Assembly (NCBI GenBank): GCA_965235115.1
Contig: OZ249436.1
Location: 50,780,001-50,844,000 of the forward strand
Reading direction: 5' to 3'
Length of the DNA stretch: 64,000 nucleotides
Source of the DNA: Laetmonice hystrix
Lineage: Eukaryota
A program made the translations under genes and the position numbers. Shown here one piece after another: positions 40,101 through 55,000 of the stretch. The notes below the pieces were generated by a model, which was not told the DNA's origin, did no database searches, and saw nothing but the letters and a program-made list of their open reading frames with translations. The stretch's first letter is position 1. Each line of letters begins with the position of its first letter.

Positions 40101-43100
40101 GTGTTATAATGACATACTCTGAATACAGTCAGACTTGTCAGAGAATTAATTAGGGATTCAATTACGGCGAAAGTTCATAAGAATCGTTTCATAACTCATG
40201 ATAAAAAGGTAGCAGAGGCACTTAGTATTTGTGGCAGTATGAATTATTCTTATTATTAAATATAACGATTAGGATATGACGGACAACATCAGTTCTTTGT
40301 TTTCACCTTCTCCAACAACTTTTCAAGCTTTTTACTGAAATCTATTAAATTTGCAGTACTCCGACCTTCACATACAGTCCGCCATGCACTGAGTGAATAG
40401 AGTATAGTAAAATGTGTGTACAAAACACCGCTGATAATAACAGGCCACGGAAAATGTTTGTTCCGATTATTCCAAATAACCTAGGAGGGGAATGTTGAGT
40501 TCTGTGAACTTTTGCAAGAAATTACTTCAAAACCATATTTTACATTTGTCAAATCTTACTTGAAATTTGATGAATGACCTATCTATCTACATATTGCTAT
40601 TGGCACTGCGCTACAGAAGATATGTATAGGATAAAAAAAAGAGTCATAGTGAAAGGTACCTGAGAGTTAGGGGCATGCGATCTTTCACGTTTTATGTCGT
40701 ATGGGACAGAGAAAAGCGCTCAAATCTTTGGCAGGGGATTGTATACATAATGATAGCCACACACGCCATCGTGTGATGGACAGTAAATGTCACGTCTTTT
40801 TAGTCATGCCTGGGACTAAACTGAGACAACACTATAAAGTTGGGAGTCTAACGTTCATGTCTGACTCCTATAACACTTGTTTTCACTCAAATGTATGTCT
40901 CTCTCGCATGACAAGAGACTGCTCTTTGATACCTTCAAGGCTGTCTTATGTTCTATAGCACCAACCATTAAATACAAGCTCTTGGATTCTATAGCCTATA
41001 GACGAGTTAAAGATCGCCAAGAAGTATCCTATATGGTGACGACATATAACGTACCTTTCCCTCTAGATTATGATGTAAAAATATTATGATGATCATGCAT
41101 CGGCCCGGATGTGAGAAAAATGAAATATTACGACGCCGATAGAGGACTACAGAGACGCCAGAGTTTCGAACCGGCGCGCCGATGGTAATGACGTCTGCAA
41201 TTTCCCATAATTCATACAACTACTTCCGGGGAATCCCCGCGCGTGTTTTTGAGTTGGTAGTCATGGCCAACTACAAGAGTCCCTGTAGCGGAAGTAGACC
41301 TGTTGAAATGATGATGCGCACGCAGAGGAGGAGTTTCCCGCCTTGACTGGCGTTGTGGACAAGGCGGTTGATTTGTGGTGTGGTGATCTGTTGAGATGCC
41401 ATTGGTGTCTGCGTGTTTTGATTTTTTTTCATTATTGATGATTGAACTCCAGTACAGATCATGCAGATTCAGATTCAGGCTCAGTCATACTAGGGGGCAA
41501 TTTCGTTGTTATATTCTTTTTCTGGGCCTTTAAGAGGTCCGTATGTTCACGTTGTTAACGCCACCGTTGAAGCCAGGCGCGGTTATTCTACAAGCTTGTT
41601 TGGTATATAAGAAGAGAACTCGAATCCAATAAATCACTTTACTCTACTGGATCTTAATTCGTATGGTTGCTCAAGAAACACAATCCCATCATAAATCTGC
41701 CGTGTTTTGTTGTATAGTCACTGCTTTCCTCCATTTCATACCCACATGGTATCACCCATGTACCTTGAGGCCCGCAGTTCATTCCGATCTTAACGATATT
41801 GGGGGCAGTGCACCGTGCAAGAGACACAACAACTTAAAAGGTGCATGTCTTACCCTCATTATAATTCTTTACACATATTTTTTTTTCATCTTGCTTCGAG
41901 CCCACTTAATCCCTTTCCTCAAGGCCCTTTCCCCACCTCTAATCAGTTATTCAGTGACCAAATGGGTCTGTGATAACCACCACGTCTGGCAAGCGGAATG
42001 GGTAAGGTTTGATAAATACTATTTTTCGACCGAAACAGTGTTTTCTACGTGAAAAATATTGTGTTTCGATCGAAAACATTGTTTTTCCACTTGAAAAACA
42101 GATATCAGAATTTGGGTTGAAAACAGTGTTTTTCATTGACAAACACTGTTTCTCGACTGCAACCTTGTACATGTATATCGCTCAATTACAGAACCTTGGC
42201 TGCAAAATCCTGTTTTTTCGAGTGAAAAACACTTGTTTCTCAGGGTCTGAGTCTGAGAAACACTGTTTGTCAACCTCAAAACAGTGTTTCTTGGTCGAAA
42301 AACAGTTGTTGGTTGAAAAACAGTGTTTCTCAGCCCTTACCCATTCCACTTGCCATAGCCGCGTGGAACTCGACACATGTAAATAGCCACGCATAATTAT
42401 GTACATGTTCCAAACACATTAATCAAAATTACATACATAAAAATTAAACAATCCTGCTAAAAATAGTCCCGTTGAGAATGAGCTCAAAATGTGACGCCAT
42501 ATTACAGGCTGTGCATAATTTATTTTAAAATACTCTGGAAGAAAAGGTAAGAAGTGTCATGGCACAGAGCCATATAATATTACGGTCAGACAGTGTTTTT
42601 GATCCTTCAGAAAATATGAAATTGGTGTTTTTAATTACCCTTGTTCTATAAGCCCCGACAATATCACACTCCATGCAAGAAATACTTTCTAATCGGTCTC
42701 CGGTAGAGTAATAATCCCCAATAATCAGCCTCCATTATGAGGGCCACGTTAGATAATCCCCAATAATCAGCCTCCATTATGAGGGCCACGTTAGCCTGTA
42801 GAGCCGCTCAAGTGACGATTCTTACATCGTTTAGGATACACAGCGCAGAATATTATTGATCAAAAAGGCAGTGAACATTTGGCAGCTTCAGATGATGGGG
42901 GAAACCCCGCAGAAACTGATGAGACCAGTGCCCTCCGACAGGTGGAGACACTGTTGCCCACCCATAAGTCCATTCCCTCCAGGCATCTCTTTAGGCGCGG
43001 CACACAGATGCTTTTCAGTGAAGTCCTTCTGACAATTTAGCGGCGGCGCCTGGATCCTGCTAATACACCATAAACGGTCAGAATCATGCAAAGCCAACAA

Positions 43101-46100
43101 TGTCGTACCTGGTGCGGATCCCCTATGCACCCCAGCCACCTGCCACCCCGAACCCTATCTCCACGTCCACCCCCGCTCCCGCCAGCCAGCCATCTGACTC
43201 GCCGTCGCCTGTCAAATCACATGCCATTCATCGAAGGCAAAACACAAGCAAAATGTACATCGGAGCAGTGCTACCAAAATGTATGCAGGGGTTCGGTGCC
43301 TTTTTACCCCTTCCACAGAACTAAAGGAGGTGCCTCCTCAATGTTTTCACCCCTGCGTTTATATAATATTATGTTGCTTGTATAGGGCGAACCTCCAATA
43401 CGATCCTGCATGACACACGCGCCGACTGAATGCGGGCAAGAACGGGGAGACAGTATTCTTGAAAATTACATTATGGCCAAGGAGCACCATAGGAACTAAT
43501 CTGAACCATTTGCACGCGCTTACACTTTCAGGTTTTTCCATTTTCCGCGATTAAAATTTCATGGAAACCTGCAGGAAAATGGGCTGATACCTTTTATAAA
43601 GAACTTAAAGCTTTACGCACGCGCGCGGTTGGAAATGTCACGGGTGTCGTGTGATTGGGTTTGGTATTGCCCTTTCCACCGCACCCCGTTCCCCCGTTTC
43701 CCCACCCCCACCTCAACGCCCGCGGCGGGGTGGTGGGGAGGGCGGTAAACAGCCTTTGATGCCGAGTTACTGGTGCGTGCTGCCCAGTCATTTAGCCGCC
43801 AACCATGGCTCAGTGACCCCAAGGTCAGTCGAGAACGTTCTGACCGTCTGACTCGTCTGACGCCTCACCGAAACTCGGCACAGTCTGTACGGAAAACGCC
43901 ATGTTGTGGTTCAAGGGAGTGTCTCACGAATTTCAAGTCATACGTGACGTTTCACAAAAATATATCTGCATTGCGGTTCTCCGATATGATCCCAAAGTCC
44001 CCTACGTTTCTATGTGGACTTGGTGGGTATGATGTCAAATATATTCTAATAGCCGCCAAATTCCGAGACCCCGGGAGTTGTTATATATATTCCGATGCAC
44101 ATTCTAGTGAAAATAGATTTCTAATATTGTCAACATTACTCTCGGGGAAACCATGGAAATTTTTCCCACGAATTCTGGAACTATATTCGTTGCGGACTGT
44201 TACCGAAGGTGTGCTCTACACCACAATACAACGTTCAAACTTTTTGCAATTTATCCACCACCAGGGAGAATTTCAGCGCTGTCTGCATGAATTTGAAGAT
44301 TTCGGTCGATTCCGTAAATGATACATTCCCTTTAATCCTTTCAAGATTAAAAGTGCCAATTTCGTCACTTTGGATAACAAAAATGATCCGAAAAACAATT
44401 CGTTGCTTCCCTTCTCACACCAGTAAGATTTATAAATCTATAAGCCAGCACCAAATGTGAACCAGACGGTGTTAAACGTGGCACGCCATCACATTGGCCA
44501 TTCTCACTATAGGCATGACTCTGATCTATTGGATGAATATCAGCGGCGATCACGGAGCCCACCTGTTCAGTCAGGTATGAACGAGCGGAATCCGGTTCCG
44601 ATGAGGTCAGGGACCGAATTAATATGAAGTGTGCTTCCTGTGGATGTCATCGGGTAAAGCCGCTTTCACATGCATACGGTGTGCGGCGTGCGGCATGCGG
44701 CGTGCGTTTTTGTTAATAATGTAGCAAATGTAAATCGCCGCACGCTGCAAACCGGAGACATGTGAATGGTTATATCTATTTTCAGTTGTTCCATTTCTGC
44801 AAAAACGAACGCCGCACGCCGCAAACCATGTGAATGTGAAAGCGGCTTTAGGCGGGATTCACAAAAGCCAACCGTCTGTGAACGGTCAATAGGATATGAC
44901 TTAAAGCCAAAACTGGCGAGAATTTCGCTTCGCTGCGCCCCGCACCGCGACCCGTTTTGTGAATCCCGCCTAATGAAAGTGAAGCTTGCGCCGTTCGCGG
45001 CCAAAGTTCTAATTAAAACCTGTGAATGTGTTCTCTTATTGGTTGCTCTACCACTGCCTGGTTTAATTACACTTTTGTAAAGTGCTCCCTTCAAGAGCTA
45101 TACACAGAGTCGGAAATATTGGTTTATACCTGGGTGGTGGGCGATTCTTCAATTCTTGTGTGATAACCATACATCTATGAGCTATTTGCCGCAGGTCAGT
45201 GGTTGTGTCCGGGTATGCTGGTTTCCTTCACCAGTCGCCGTCTCGATATGGGCCTGGCTGTTGCGGTACCGAGGAGTTCGAGGAAGTTCAACTATTCTTA
45301 CAGTAATACCGACAAATCGATGTTTAATCCACCACGTAGCTTTCCATTCGACATTAATTTACAATCATTCATGAGGGGTGTTATGTTAACTTCAATGACC
45401 ATATTTCTCATTTCAGTCATGATATGATTATACGAGCTCATAAATATATTGACTTCGCCCTGCTACCAACTATCTATAATTAACTGCATTCTCTGCATAA
45501 AATTATGGTAATTTTACTCGTCCTTTTTATATACCATATGTTAAAGATATTAAGTGTCGTATCTTAATTTAGCACATGCTGACGACGCAATACCAATCAT
45601 TAAAGCAAAATGCACTCCATGTCCTCCGGCGAAATTATTTTGACTTATAGCAGTGTTTTCAGCTAATATTATCATGATGGCGGGAGGTCTCGACAGTCGT
45701 GCAATATAGTGTATTATCAAAGCATAACAACGTCTGGACCTTGCGTCGACATGCCATATCCACCTCCCAAGAGACACCGGATCTTCATATTGTGACTCTT
45801 TATAATGTTGGCAGTCAAGCCGCATGTTAACCTCACTGAATCGTTCCCAACACATGCAGTCAACCGTATATTCACTAATAGCACTGTAAAATAATGTTAT
45901 GACCGATATACGACCAGACTGCATTATCAACTTTGGAATTGGCAATTGTTTTGAAAGCTCGGGAGCAGTTGGCCTCTACATAAAATGTCAGTCTGCATGC
46001 TTAAATATACACAGGGCGTCCTACTTCTGCATGAGCTCTAAATCTAATTACTTTCTCTCATATAATAAATTATTATTTAAAAGAAAGGTTATTCGAAAAT

Positions 46101-48990
46101 TGATCAGGTCTACACGCTATCGTAATCAATGATAGCGAAAGGATAGAGAAACCTCTCAGTCTGCGGTGGCCACTTTATCCAGCCTCAATGTCCCGATAAC
46201 GAATGTAGGTGGTTCGTGTTTCAGTACTAAAATGTCTTGGTAAGAATGAGGTACGAAGTTTGCGAATCGTCTTGGCTCTTACGTTTTCCAATGCACGTTT
46301 GATCTGTCGCTAGCGGCGGCTCGCACTTGTGTTTTAGATTTCACGATTAATTACGGTCCATGTCTACATATAAACGATTTGACAACCGATGGGGCATTGG
46401 TTCATCTTTTCTTGACGTCATGTTTGCCATTCGAGATCAACCATACGTGTACATTGAATTTTCTTCATCTTTTGTTATAATGGCATATTAGATTTTGGCA
46501 TCGCTCTTGCCCCTCAATGAACCGATGCCCAATCGCTTTCGTAATCGCCCAGGTGGACATGGCCCTTTTAGGGCCTCTTTTAGATGTCGTCAAGTTGAAA
46601 CAGTCCGTTTTAGTGACACACAGCCTCTTTGGTGCCACTGCAAACTACATTCGTTATCCATTGGGACATGTGGCTGAATAAAGTGGTCACCGCAGGCCAA
46701 TGGCCCAGCAAGACAAACCATCTGACCTCACTGACTGAGGTGTTTGTTCTGGTTGCGAAATGTCAGCAGGGCACTTTCACCTGACCATCGTGTCGGTTAC
46801 AAATCCTCTTTGCATTACAAAGCTCATGCCATCTCTCATGGCATACGGGGTGTTCAGCAAGACAAATGGTTTGTCGCGCAGTAACAATGTTGGAACATAG
46901 ATATTTATTAGGCGTAAAGGGTGACGATTTGCTAACTGCCTGTGACAACCGGCTTGACGTGTAGTGCTGATCTCAGCATACGGCACTGGCAGAGTACTCC
47001 ACTTCTATACTAATGTGTCACTTCTATTTCTGACGCGCACAAACAATTTTTCTTTTACTTTTAAAACAATAATATTATCATTACATCAAGTTCGTCCTAA
47101 ATGCCTTGGAGATATAGTAAGGCTATAGATAAGATTCAGGATAAAAGTTAAAGCTGCACAAATTTGACGAAAAAAACTATATACATCCAATTTTATCTCG
47201 GGCAACCTGAATGTAAATACGATACTCTTGATCAAAAGTGACACCAGTTTGTACCGCTGAACACTCTGTTCTTCACATTCTCTATCTGAACGTCATTTAC
47301 ATTTAACCAGTGTGTCAATAGCCACAAATTCTCTGCCTCAACGTCGTCATTTACATTTAACCAGTGTGTCAATAGCCACAAATTCTCTGTCTCAATGTCG
47401 TCATTTAAATTTAACCAGTGTGTCAATAGCCACAAATTCTCTGCCTCAACGTCGTCATTTACATTTAACCAGTGTGCCAATAGCCACAAATTCTCTGTCT
47501 GAACGTCGTCATTTACATTTAACCAGTGTGCCAATAGCCACAAATTCTCTGCCTCAACGTCGTCATTTACATTTAACCAGTGTGCCAATGGCCACAAATT
47601 CTCTGTCTCAACGTCGTCACTTACATTTAACCAGTGTGCCAATAGCCACAAATTCTCTGTCTCAACGTCGTCACTTACATTTAACCAGTGTGCCAATGGC
47701 CACAAATTCTCTGTCTCAACGTCGTCACTTACATTTAACCAGTGTGCCAATAGCCACAAATTCTCTGTCTCAACGTCGTCACTTACATTTAACCAGTGTG
47801 CCAATGACCACAAATTATCTGTCTCAACGTCGTCATTTACATTTAACCAGGGGCGCGTTTCTTATTTATGGTTATCCTGTCGTACGTTAAAATCCCCATT
47901 GGAAATACATTGGAGTTAACGATACGACTAGCTAACGACATGATGAGAAACGCATCCCAGTGTGCCAATAGCCACAAATTCTCCGTCTCAACGTCGTCAT
48001 TTACATATTTTGTCAGGCAAACTGATCAAGGCAAACCGGCCATATCAGTCAACACTAAACCACCATAACCATCCGCATGTGTAGGCCTATCCACTGCAAA
48101 CATTGTAAAGAAGCAGACTTGTCTTCGTTCTAGTCCGTGGCACGCCCCTCTCACGAGTGTTTCAAGACCCGCAGCTCCTCGAAACCTAAGCGGGCGACTG
48201 TAATCGTCCATTAGGACAACAGAGGTCACTTTCAAAATCAACACGACCATCGAACTGCCATCGATATAACCGTGTCTCTAAGAGCTCACAAAAAGCGGCG
48301 ACAGGGGCCAGGGCCAGGGGGAGTGGCCCAGGTACCAGGATGCTCCAGGTCGTTGAGACAGCTAATGGGGAAACACGCAGACGTGAAACACTCCAGTGCA
48401 CCGTTATGATAAACTTGTATACACGACGTGCCTCTAGGTCGGCGTATAGGGCCTACATAATGCTGAAAGTTGAATATACCTTTCGCCTCCGCCAACAGAA
48501 ACGCCAAACGCCACAGTCCGGCACAAGTTCTGATAATACTGAGAAATGAAACTGGCGAATGCAGTATGGAGGGATGAATGAGGTATATTGCTAATCGTGT
48601 TGAGATTTGGCAGCAGCCTCACTAGTGTGTAGGGCTGTGAGCTGACGGGAAGGATCTTCATGTTGACATTGGTTATCCATTAACTGGCACCATCAATTGT
48701 GGCCCATTTCTACGGCATGACCTCCGAGTGCAGTTGTTAAACGTTAAAACCCGGGTACGTATCGCCTTATCGGACCCCAGCCGATGTGCTACCGGTGGGG
48801 ACAAACTGCACGTCAACAAATTATACCCATTTGTCTATTGTGATTGAAATCATCATAGGTATATGATAATGTAAACGCTTCACTCGTATTTAATGTACAG
48901 TCGGAACCGGAAGTAACTTTGCATTCAATTATACTCTAATTCAAATATTGTCAATTACTGTCATTTGAAGCTTGCGTCTTCGAAACATAC

Positions 48991-49051
<61 letters not shown>

Positions 49052-52000
49052 GGACAGGCAGAGAGAGAGAGAGACAGAGAGAGACAGAGAGAGAGACAGT
49101 GACAGAGAGAGACAGAGAGAGAGAGAGACAGACAGAGACAGAGACACAGAGAGAGAAATCTGGCGCCCGGATCCAAGGCCAGTAGCTCGGCTAGGGAGGC
49201 CACAATCAAAGAGATTGTGATAATGAGGCCAACCCAACCGTGAGGGTCAGGGACGGACGATATACCAACAACATATCATCAGACTGCATCTCCCGCTATG
49301 ATTCAGTTGATAAATCTAATTCTGTAATGTGGTTCTAACATAAGCAACAATACAAACATGTTTTTTGGTGTCATTAGCTCATCTGTTATTCTGCCCAGAC
49401 TACTCGGATCACAGATATATGAGGAGTGGTTGATGTAAACATTAGTACACCTCACACACAGTTATAACCCCTCCGTCAATATTGACGATATGTGCACCCA
49501 CATCCGCCCCTCTAAAAAGTGACAAAAATCTTCTGCAAAAATGTCTTAATCGGCATATTTTTCCACGGGTTCACTGCATCACTGTAATATCGACAGGGCA
49601 TAGGGAAGCCATTCCCGTTAAACAGCAAGTAATTTTATCCGGCCAGACCACAAGTCTGGCCTTTGCTGGCACTCCGTTACCAAGGCATGGCCTTGGCTTG
49701 CCTCTGTGATAGGCCTCGTATACTCGGCCTATAGCCAAGGCTATGCCCATGAGAGATTTTGAAACTCTCGCGGAATGAGAGTCTTGCTCGCACATAACCA
49801 ATCGTTTCGAATGAAGTTTTGCTTTTACCTTCAGCCATTGAGTACAATGAATTTAGCTCAAGTCCTTCCACAAAGCATATTCAGGTGATTTTTCAAACGA
49901 AGCGGGCACTTCGACATCGTCACGGCCAGCGGCCATTTTAAATAAACAAAGGGAGCAGCTAGCATCTAAGAAGGGGGCCTGGATCTCGGGCCATAATGGA
50001 GGAGTGCTTGGCTCCCTGTGTAATGGTATGCTCCCCTCCTGGACTTCAGTGCGCATGCGCATTAAGACTAACAACATTGCAGGTAACAGAAATCAAACTG
50101 CTCGGTTCGATATTTCAAACGTCTGATTTATTAAATATATGTGGAAAAACAAAAAAAGTGAGCAGTAGAGCGGTTTGATGAGAACAACGAAACTAGACAG
50201 GTCTGTCTAGTCTCGTTGATTAGAAGGAATACAGAAATTTGATCAAACGGCATGATTCACGACGCATTGTACACAGCGGTGAGTTCGCATTGGAGGTATA
50301 GTTTTAACGACCCGCGATGTCAGTCCCTGTTTGCTGGCAACTGGGACGACACTCAGTCAAGGCCTTGGTATGACCTTTCTAGTTCACAATACTTAACATG
50401 AAGGCAACCTGCACCGACGGTATTGAAAAGGTCTGATAATACAATCTGCTCATGGTCACAGCAACATACTATAGAACCAGGAGAACCAGAAGTTACCTCG
50501 GAGTAAACGCGTCGTCACACAGGTACAACTGCACCGGATATTGCCCAGAGGAACTTCTCAGTGTGAACCCGGTTCAAGATGTTAGCGGGAACGACTACGG
50601 TTGAATGGGTGGAGCCAGTACCTATTCTTGGTGTCTAATACCACATGCCTTTGCAAGCTCTCTTGATACATCATTTGTAACAGCAGGCAGCATACTTGGC
50701 ACTCAGGTAAAAATGCCTCCCAAGACAGCTCTTTTATCCGGATTAAATCAATCATATTCATATTGTGTCTTTGAGTACCGTTTTTGTGAATGGTACCTGA
50801 AATATCTACACATTTCCAACGAAATAAATCTCTTCTCTGAAACACCGCGATGAAAGGGGCCAATGAGCTGTGGATTGGTTAAGGTACCATAGATATCGAA
50901 GCTCCCGTCAATAGGGGGGGGGGGGCAGGGGATTCGATGTCTATGTATGGTACCATTTCAATGTCGACATAGGGTCGACATTTTGAAGATCGGATGTTCC
51001 TGTTCCTGTCGGCAACACTCAAGGAGTCTGCTGCGTGTCAGGTTAGGATAACGATTATATTCGGTCGTTGTTTGCATGGCTATAGTATAAGGTACACGAT
51101 TGTAACAGGCGTAGCGAATTTCTCATTTATATAAAAATGCGATATATGCTTACAAGGCAAGAACAGGGCCATACCGGCCATTAACCGCAAGAGTGTGTTG
51201 TTACTTTGATTGTGATATATTACTTAAATGTCCAAGCATCTAAGATATTATGACAATACTTTTTTATTTTAGTTTTTATATTTATTTGAATGTGCATTAC
51301 CTTTACATTTGAATCCGCATTCACACTACATTGTGCACAGTTTGCTCTATATGAGGCCTAGCATAATCATTGCCCCCCCCCCCCAGTTTGGCACCAAGCA
51401 CGACCAAGTGGTTTCAAGGAAACATTAACTTCCCCGGTGCTAAATTGCATGGTAACTGCAAGGCCTCCTGTCACAGTGCCTGGTATGGAGGTCGTCGGAA
51501 CCGTTTTTGTAATAAAGAAATGAGACTCAGGAAATCGTTTATCGAATACAATAAATAAAATACAATTATTTGACACCATTTCTGAGAGGGTCTACAAGTG
51601 CTCCCGCAATTCCCAACACCTCTCCTCATTGCCAGTGGTTCCTATTCCATGCTCTACTCTGGCTTCAATTACAGGTGGTACAAATTTACGAATCACATCA
51701 AACACCTCAGGTGGTGCCGACACTGAAGCCACAGGAGCCGGCGACAAAAACAACAACAGTCGTTGGCCATGACTAACACAGTTACAAGTTTTCCCCCACA
51801 TGGAGTTTTTGTACAGAATTAGGCTACGTGCAATCAATGACTTTTCGATGTACATGTATACCTAACTAGGCGTCGGAAGTCGACTACTATCGGTGGGGGG
51901 GGGGGGGGCGACAAGAAGCGACAAGTCCCCCCCCCCAAGTGTTTCCCGGGCCAAAGTTGTAGTACGAGTATTTGCTCACCAGCAGCCACCTTTTATTTCG

Positions 52001-55000
52001 CTTCGATATTGGTTTATCCCATGATAACAATATGTAAGTAAACACTAGAGCCACTATAGATTCTGAGCGTACTTCTATAGCGGAGTATTCCTAGGCGAAA
52101 GTTTGATAATCGAGAGGGGGGGGATCCCCCCTAACGAAAGACGTTAACATTGTCTCCTTGCTTCAACACCATCACCCTCGCCAATTTTCTTCCCGCGTCA
52201 TCATTTCCATCAGCTTTAATTTGGATTATTCATTCCAAACGATCCAATGTAGAATACTTTTACCTGAAAATCTCATAAATGAAAGAAGACTCCGGAAAAC
52301 TATAGTGTCCCGATTCTGGCAACATAACGTGAGTTTTAAACAACACCCAGGCTTTTTACCTCCATGACCGCGCCTGCTTTCACTTCCTGACTTTCAGATG
52401 CAATGACATGGTAGGCCTACTTTTGCCGAACGTTATGGCTTCGGGCTACCCTTCCCACCTCAAATCTACTAAAAATACAGGTTCGAATCTGAATCTGGTT
52501 ACACTGCCCAATGTTTTCCTCCGATTCTGCCGTCGGCGTCCGCCCCCCCCCTTTACAGTCCAAAAAGAAACTCCCCAGTGTTTTGAGACATGTAGACGAA
52601 GGTAGTATTTCTTATAGCCTAATAGAAATTACTGATACGTTTCTTATACTATATTCTTATAGTAGAATTAACATATTTACAATCTACAAAGAATAAATTA
52701 CATTGTGTGGTTAAAAAAAGTAAGGTGCATTTTTTCCGATCATGAAAAAAGGAGAAATACAAAGGGAGTGTTTTGATGCTACATGGGGAGTGTTTTGAGG
52801 CTAGAGGAAGTGTTATGGGGATGAACGGGGGGGTGTTTTGAGGCTAGCCTCAAAACACTCTACAGTTCCCCAAGAAGGGGATTGTGGATGGGGATGTGTT
52901 TGGTTTGAACATTTCAAGCAGAACAAAAAGAAAAATTACTTCGTAAGGGGCGGTTGCAAACCCCCGTACCACCCCCACCCCCGACTGGGATCAGCAGATG
53001 GAATAAGAATCGGCCAGTGGACCCCTCAAGACCATCACAGAGTCGTGACGCTTAAACAGGCGATGAGCGTCACGTCTCGCGGTCTCGTGCGTAAAGCCGT
53101 TACGTCTCGTGCCTTGCTTCCATGTCGCATGGGAGGTCGTAATTCGGGCTTTGGCGGCGTGCGGATAATTACAGCTTTTGTTGCGACCATCAGAGTCAGC
53201 CCTTGCCCGTGGCCTCACCCCGTAATACCCACGCACGTACGTTTAAGTTGAACGTCGATGAGCCTAATTTCCCGGGAAATTATTCTCTGATAATAATCCC
53301 TGACATCAATCAATATAATAGTTATGCATGTAGCCTGGTCTTCACCATGCTTTTGTGAGCTCCACGTCAGCGAGGCTGTGCATTATGGTCAAGTTCTTTT
53401 GATCTATCACAAACAAATGATGATATAAAGACGGAACAACCGTGCGAGAAAATAAGCATAGTGAGATTACATCAAGGAGCCCATAAATGCTGTTGTAACC
53501 TTACATTATGTATAGAGATCTAGGTCTGCTCACTGCTGACTAAAGCTGTATCCTCACTGGACGCGTGCGACGCGAGCGACGCGCGCGTTTTTTTAAAGAA
53601 GTAATGGAAATGAATGGAGCGCGTCACAAAAAATGTCGCGGGCGTCGCGCGCGGCCAGTGCAGATGGCTCCATTCATTTTCATTACTTCTAAAATAAACG
53701 CGCGCGTCGCTCGCCTGCTTACCTGCTTACATTGCAGCAAGTAACTTACAAACTGCTTATTGGTATGTATAGCAAGGCTTCAGGACGCCTTCACAACGCC
53801 GTCATACAGAGATGTCGTGTTAATTCATTGGTTTCAGCAAGGTGTACCGAGCTATCTAAGAATTAGATGGCCTTCATGACGTTAATAGCGACAGTTACTG
53901 GCCCGATGACATGGGATGGCATTGATGACACCTTTTCAATATAATCAATATAAACGCGTGTTCATCAAATCACTCTCACCGAGATAGTCATGTGAAGGGC
54001 TGCAGTAGACCGATATTGACCGGGGGAAGTTTTTGTAGAGTTACTCTAAGTATGACAACAGGCACCATATAATCAATATAATGCATATTAAGGTTTGAGA
54101 GGTTTCTGTAGAGTTGATGTCAATGCCCTGTGACCGTACGTTTTTAACCATGCGGGTTTGATCTATTGATGCCAGGGATTCTGATTCAGTTAATCTGAGT
54201 ATGAAGTGCCTCTCACCTTCCGTTACCACCGACTGTGTCATGAGAAATCAAAGAATGCCCGTAATAACCCTAAAACCTCTCAATATCAGGCAGCAAGGAT
54301 AAGTTTTCAAGTGTAAATTTATCAAACATGTCAGTATCAGACAACAAGGATGCGTTATCAAGTATTAATTTTGCGCAAACCTCAATTTAAAGGATTTATA
54401 TGTCAATCTGGTTGAGCGACACGGGAAGCCAGTTCGGACTCAGTGCCTCACACGGTGGTTGTCCTAGGATGGCAATTGTCTGGGACTCAGTGCCTCACAC
54501 GGTGGTTGTCCTAGGATGGCAATTGTCTGGGACTCAGTGCCTCACACGGTGGTTGTCCTAGGATGGCAACTGTCTGGGACTCAGTGCCTCACACGGTGGT
54601 TGTCCTAGGATGGCAACTGTCTGGGACTCAGTGCCTCACACGGTGGTTGTCCTAGGATGGCAATTGTCTGGGACTCAGTGCCTCACACGGTGGTTGTCCT
54701 AGGATGGCAACTGTCTGGGACTCAGTGCCTCACACGGTAGTTGTCCTAGGATGGCAACTGTCTGGGACTCAGTGCCTCACACGGTGGTTGTCCTAGGATG
54801 GCAATTGTCTGGGACTCAGTGCCTCAGACGGTGGTTGTCCTAGGATGGCAACTGTCTGGGACTCAGTGCCTCACACGGTGGTTGTCCTAGGATGGCAACT
54901 GTCTGGGACTCAGTGCCTCACACGGTGGTTGTCCTAGGATGGCAACTGTCTGGGACTCAGTGCCTCACACGGTGGTTGTCCTAGGATGGCAACTGTCTGG

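Noticed and set aside
47232..47890. 193/192-aa repeat ORFs
   Set aside because: Artefact of the 54-bp minisatellite.
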